DNA of 64,000 nucleotides from Chitinophaga pinensis (GTDB lineage Bacteria; Bacteroidota; Bacteroidia; 2-12-FULL-35-15): NCBI GenBank assembly GCA_945865315.1, contig CAMBDK010000001.1, positions 4,378 to 68,377 of the forward strand, read 5' to 3'. Shown piece by piece: positions 60,493 to 64,000 of this stretch (position 1 is its first letter; each line of letters starts with the position of its first letter). The notes under the pieces were generated by a model. It saw only the letters and a program-made list of their open reading frames with translations, ran no database searches and was not told where the DNA came from. The position numbers and the translations under genes were made by a program.

Positions 60493-61626
60493 TTGTTGAA
60501 TAAAGAAGAAATAGCGCATTATTCCAAACAACTTATACTTCCAGGTTTAGGCATAGAGGGACAAGAGAAAATTAAGAATGCCAAGGTGTTAGTTGTAGGA
60601 TTGGGAGGGTTGGGCTGCTCTGCTGCGCTGTACCTTACAGCTATGGGGGTGGGTAAAATCGGTGTCCTCGATTTTGATACAGTTGAAGTTTCTAATTTAC
60701 AAAGGCAGGTGCTTTATTCTTTAACAGATATTGGCTTATTAAAAGCGGAAGTAGCTTTTGCAAAACTTTCATTTCAAAACCCTTTTGTGAAAATTAGTAA
60801 ACATGCTGTTAAGCTGGATAATAAAAATGCTCTGGATATTTTCACTGATTATGATATTATTATTGATGGAACAGATAATTATGCTGCCCGTTACCTTATA
60901 AATGATGCATGCATATTGCTTAATAAGATTTTAATTTATGGCGCTATATATAAATTTGAGGGACAAGTTTCTGTTTTTAATTTAAAAACACATTCAGTTC
61001 TTGAAGCACCTACTTATCGTTGTCTGTTTCCCATTCCAGCAGCATTTGATAAGCTTCCTAATTGTTCTGAAATTGGTGTTGTTGGATTTTTGCCTGGTAT
61101 TATAGGAACACTTCAGGCTACAGAAGCAATAAAAATTATTACAGGCTTGGGTGAACCTCTTTCTGGAAAGCTTTTATTATTTAATGCATTAAGTTCGAAT
61201 TTTCAAACAATAGAATTTTCTAGAAATAATAATTGGATTGATATAGCACCCAAAAATAATACTGAATTTATTCAAATGGATTATGAATATTTTTGTAAAG
61301 CGCCAGACATTAAATTATCAAATGAATCCATTTCTATTGATGAACTTAAATTTATAATTGATAATAAAATAGATATTCAACTTATTGATGTTCGCGAACC
61401 CTTTGAGTATCCTCAAATTCATGAATTTGTAGATTTACATATCCCCTTAAGTGAAATTTATAATAAGCTACATTTGATTTCGGATAATAAAAAGGTTATT
61501 GTATACTGCAATACGGGGCTAAGAAGTAAACGTGCGATAACTATACTTGAAAAAGAATTTGGATTTAGTAATCTTCATTTTTTAGATGGTGGGGCACTGG
61601 AATGGATTAAAAATTTTCCAAATTAG
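60493..61626 (+). CDS. moeB: Molybdopterin-synthase adenylyltransferase (MoeB/ThiF E1-like) fused to C-terminal rhodanese domain
   Basis: YSKQLILPGLG..VLVVGLGGLGCSAALYL (Rossmann/ATP site), CxxC pair (YRCLFP..CSE), and a C-terminal rhodanese with active-site Cys (VYCNTGLRSKRA). Confidence 0.8.
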   Translation: MLNKEEIAHYSKQLILPGLGIEGQEKIKNAKVLVVGLGGLGCSAALYLTAMGVGKIGVLDFDTVEVSNLQRQVLYSLTDIGLLKAEVAFAKLSFQNPFVKISKHAVKLDNKNALDIFTDYDIIIDGTDNYAARYLINDACILLNKILIYGAIYKFEGQVSVFNLKTHSVLEAPTYRCLFPIPAAFDKLPNCSEIGVVGFLPGIIGTLQATEAIKIITGLGEPLSGKLLLFNALSSNFQTIEFSRNNNWIDIAPKNNTEFIQMDYEYFCKAPDIKLSNESISIDELKFIIDNKIDIQLIDVREPFEYPQIHEFVDLHIPLSEIYNKLHLISDNKKVIVYCNTGLRSKRAITILEKEFGFSNLHFLDGGALEWIKNFPN

Positions 61627-61634
61627 AATTAAAA

Positions 61635-62077
61635 TGAAAGAAAAGAAAAAATCTAAAGTTTTTATTTTAGGACCAATTGCTCCTAATTTTATTTCGGATT
61701 CAATTGCCAAACATATTTCTAATAAAGAGATTGGTGCTCACGATATTTTTTTGGGTCAAGTAAGAAAAGATGTGCTCGGAAATAATATAGTGCAGGCTAT
61801 TGAATATTCCACCTATGAGGAAATGGCAGAGGTTAAATTTTACGAAATTCGTGAAGCTGCATTTGCGAAATTTGAAATTATTTGCATGCACATATACCAT
61901 AGCATTGGAATTGTGAATGCCGGTGAAATATGTTTTTTTGTTTTTGTATCGGCCAAGCATAGAAATATGGCTTTTGAAGCTTGTAGGTTTATTGTGGATC
62001 AAGTAAAGGTTTCAGTTCCTATATGGGGTAAGGAGATTTTTGAAGACAAAAATTTTATTTGGAAAGAGAATATTTAA
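61635..62077 (+). CDS. moaE: Molybdopterin synthase catalytic subunit
   Basis: ..[45 protein letters not shown] is collinear with MoaE. The ORF track extends the start to 61586, overlapping moeB; the ATG at 61635 is preferred. Confidence 0.7.
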
Positions 62078-63008
62078 TTTATACAAAAATTCAGGTTTTA
62101 TGGTAGATATTACATTCAAATCAAATACCTTGAGAACAGCTATTGCTGTTGCAATTGTTAAGCTTAGCAAAAAGGAAACTGTAGAGGCCATCCTTAATAA
62201 AACTGTTCCTAAAGGGGATGTGTTTGAGATGGCTAAGGCCGCTGGTTTGTTTGCAGTAAAACGTACCAGTGATATGATCCCAGATTGCCATCCCTTACCT
62301 ATTGAGTTTACGGCTGTTAGGTACCAAATTATAAATTTAGAAATTCATATTGAAATGGAAGTGCATACTATTTATAAAACTGGAGTTGAGGTTGAGGCAA
62401 TGCATGGTGTTTCGGTAGTAGCATTAACAATTTACGACATGCTAAAACCTATTGATAAAGAAATGGAAATTAATACCTTAAAATTAAAGGAAAAGATGGG
62501 CGGCAAATCTGATTTTACAGATGCATACCGAACGAACCTAAAAGCTGCTGTAATTGTTTGTTCCGATAGTATTTCTGCTGGCATGAAGGAAGATAAGTCA
62601 GGTAAAGCAATTGTAAAAAAGTTAGAAAGCTGCAAAGTCTTAATTTCCGATTTTTCAATTATTCCGGACGAAATACTGGCAATCCAAAAAAAAATTCTAA
62701 GTCTTTATGAATTTAAAAACGATATCATTATTTTAACAGGAGGAACAGGCCTTTCACCTCGGGATGTAACTCCAGAGGCAATAAGGCCATTGCTTGATAA
62801 AGAAATCCCCGGAATTATGGAAGCTGCGCGTAATTATGGACAGGATAGAACTCCCTTATCTATGCTATCTAGAGGAGTGGCTGGGATGAAAGGCAATACA
62901 CTCATTATGGCATTGCCCGGTTCTACTAAGGGAGCAAAGGAATCCATGGATGCTCTATTTCCATTCGTTCTCCATGTTTTTCGAATTATAGATGGTGCCG
63001 AACATTAA
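62040..63008 (+). CDS. moaC: Bifunctional cyclic pyranopterin monophosphate synthase MoaC / MoaB-MogA-like domain fusion
   Basis: N-terminal half ..[43 protein letters not shown] is MoaC. C-terminal half [28 protein letters not shown].. is a MogA/MoaB fold. Confidence 0.75.
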   Translation: MKTKILFGKRIFNLYKNSGFMVDITFKSNTLRTAIAVAIVKLSKKETVEAILNKTVPKGDVFEMAKAAGLFAVKRTSDMIPDCHPLPIEFTAVRYQIINLEIHIEMEVHTIYKTGVEVEAMHGVSVVALTIYDMLKPIDKEMEINTLKLKEKMGGKSDFTDAYRTNLKAAVIVCSDSISAGMKEDKSGKAIVKKLESCKVLISDFSIIPDEILAIQKKILSLYEFKNDIIILTGGTGLSPRDVTPEAIRPLLDKEIPGIMEAARNYGQDRTPLSMLSRGVAGMKGNTLIMALPGSTKGAKESMDALFPFVLHVFRIIDGAEH

Positions 63009-63204
63009 TATTCATCTTTATATAAATTTCTAGATTCTATAAATTATTTATTTTTTTCTTTCCCTGCTGTTGTCCGAATTTCCCCCACATTAATAATTTT
63101 TAATTTATATAAGGCATTTATACATTTATGTATGTTTTTATGTCGCATAAATATTATTTTAGACAAGTCTAAAATTTATTTCTATATTTGTTTAAAAATA
63201 ATTA

Positions 63205-63867
63205 TTGATGAATTCCTTTACAGAAGAAAATTACCTAAAAGCAATATATAAACTTGTTCAATTAAGCGGCTTAGCGGTTAGCACAAATGCTATTGCTGAA
63301 AAGGTAAATACCTCTGCCGCATCAGTAACAGATATGCTTAAGAAGCTGTCGGATAAAAAATTGATTCATTATAAAAAATATCAAGGAGTTACGCTAAGTT
63401 CCAAAGGAGAAAAAGCAGCATTAAAAATCATTAGGAAACACCGGCTATGGGAAATGTTTTTAGTTGATATTTTAGATTTTAAATGGGATGAAGTGCATGA
63501 TATTGCGGAACAATTAGAACACGTTAATTCTGATAAATTAATTGAAAAAATAGATAAGTTTTTAAACCACCCAATTGTAGATCCTCACGGAGACCCTATA
63601 CCAGACGCCAATGGGAAGTTGAATAATCCTAAATCACATTTATTATCATTTTTTAACAAGAATGACGTTTGCATAATAACAGGTGTAGTAGATCATTCCA
63701 CTTCATTTTTACAATATTTGGATAAATCTGGCATTGCATTAGGGCATGAAATAAAAATAAAGGACATAATTAAATTTGATCGCTCACTTAAAATCACTAT
63801 AAATAAAGGTAATAATGTTTTCATAAGTAATGATGTAGCAAAAAATATACTGGCAATTAATAAATAA
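63205..63867 (+). CDS. DtxR/MntR-family metal-dependent transcriptional regulator with C-terminal FeoA/SH3-like domain
   Basis: Helix-turn-helix ENYLKAIYKL..NAIAEKVNTSAASVTDMLKKL, dimerisation/metal-site region RKHRLWEMFLVD..HDIAEQLEH, and a C-terminal SH3-like tail. Confidence 0.8.
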   Translation: MMNSFTEENYLKAIYKLVQLSGLAVSTNAIAEKVNTSAASVTDMLKKLSDKKLIHYKKYQGVTLSSKGEKAALKIIRKHRLWEMFLVDILDFKWDEVHDIAEQLEHVNSDKLIEKIDKFLNHPIVDPHGDPIPDANGKLNNPKSHLLSFFNKNDVCIITGVVDHSTSFLQYLDKSGIALGHEIKIKDIIKFDRSLKITINKGNNVFISNDVAKNILAINK

Positions 63868-64000
63868 TGAGAGAATTTACAAGTAAATCACTTGAAGAGG
63901 TTAACGAAAGTATTGACACTACAAATAAAAGAGGTTTCTGGAAAAAGCTTTTTGCTTTTATTGGTCCTGCTTATTTAGTTAGTGTTGGATATATGGATCC
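63868..64000 (+). CDS. mntH: Nramp-family divalent metal (Mn2+) transporter, N-terminal fragment (gene continues past window end)
   Basis: MREFTSKSLEEVNESIDTTNKRGFWKKLFAFIGPAYLVSVGYMD is the start of the Nramp signature (GPA(F/Y)LVSVGY(M/I)DPGN). It lies immediately downstream of the DtxR-family regulator. Confidence 0.6.

Noticed and set aside
61586-62100. Apparent long overlaps moeB/moaE (61586-61626) and moaE/moaC (62040-62077) in the ORF track
   Set aside because: These are most simply explained by upstream in-frame ATGs extending the predicted ORFs. Internal ATGs at 61635 and possibly 62100 give conventional gene boundaries, so there is no evidence for programmed frameshifting.

Overview
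This is a low-GC (about one third G+C) chromosomal segment from a Bacteroidota-type organism. The evidence for that placement is T9SS C-terminal sorting domains, SprB-type repeats, futalosine-pathway MqnD, and fused MurF-Alr and MoaC-MoaB genes. About 50 CDS are called, most of them housekeeping: folK, deoxynucleoside kinase, ABC-F ATPase, hldD, trhO, fabD, accC, folE/queD, rpoN, class II RNR nrdJ, a molybdopterin cluster (moeA, moaD, moeB-rhodanese, moaE, moaC-moaB), and DtxR plus partial mntH. The accessory-looking content is: (i) three tandem minus-strand T9SS cargo genes at 1-7337, two choice-of-anchor-L/SprB-repeat proteins (one with near-identical 600-bp intragenic tandem repeats) and a lamin-tail+CotH protein; (ii) a complete uric acid to ureidoglycolate catabolic cluster at 19.3-26.5 kb with a membrane cytochrome c urate hydroxylase (PuuD-like), uraH, uraD, allantoinase and allantoicase; (iii) a tight DUF962(Mpo1-like)-GDSL esterase-sphingomyelinase C-like operon; (iv) a 1721-aa repeat-rich T9SS protein translationally coupled to a small secreted ORF; (v) two copies of a ~195-bp element bounded by a ~19-bp terminal inverted repeat (MITE-like or structured ncRNA), each sitting 9-14 bp after the stop codon of a minus-strand gene; (vi) a (TAATTAT)n heptanucleotide microsatellite in the promoter zone of a tandem pair of LysM-like paralogs; and (vii) an adjacent pair of small genes with predicted cysteine-peptidase folds (transglutaminase-like plus a caspase-like His/Cys dyad protein of unknown function). 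No rRNA, tRNA or CRISPR was recognised.
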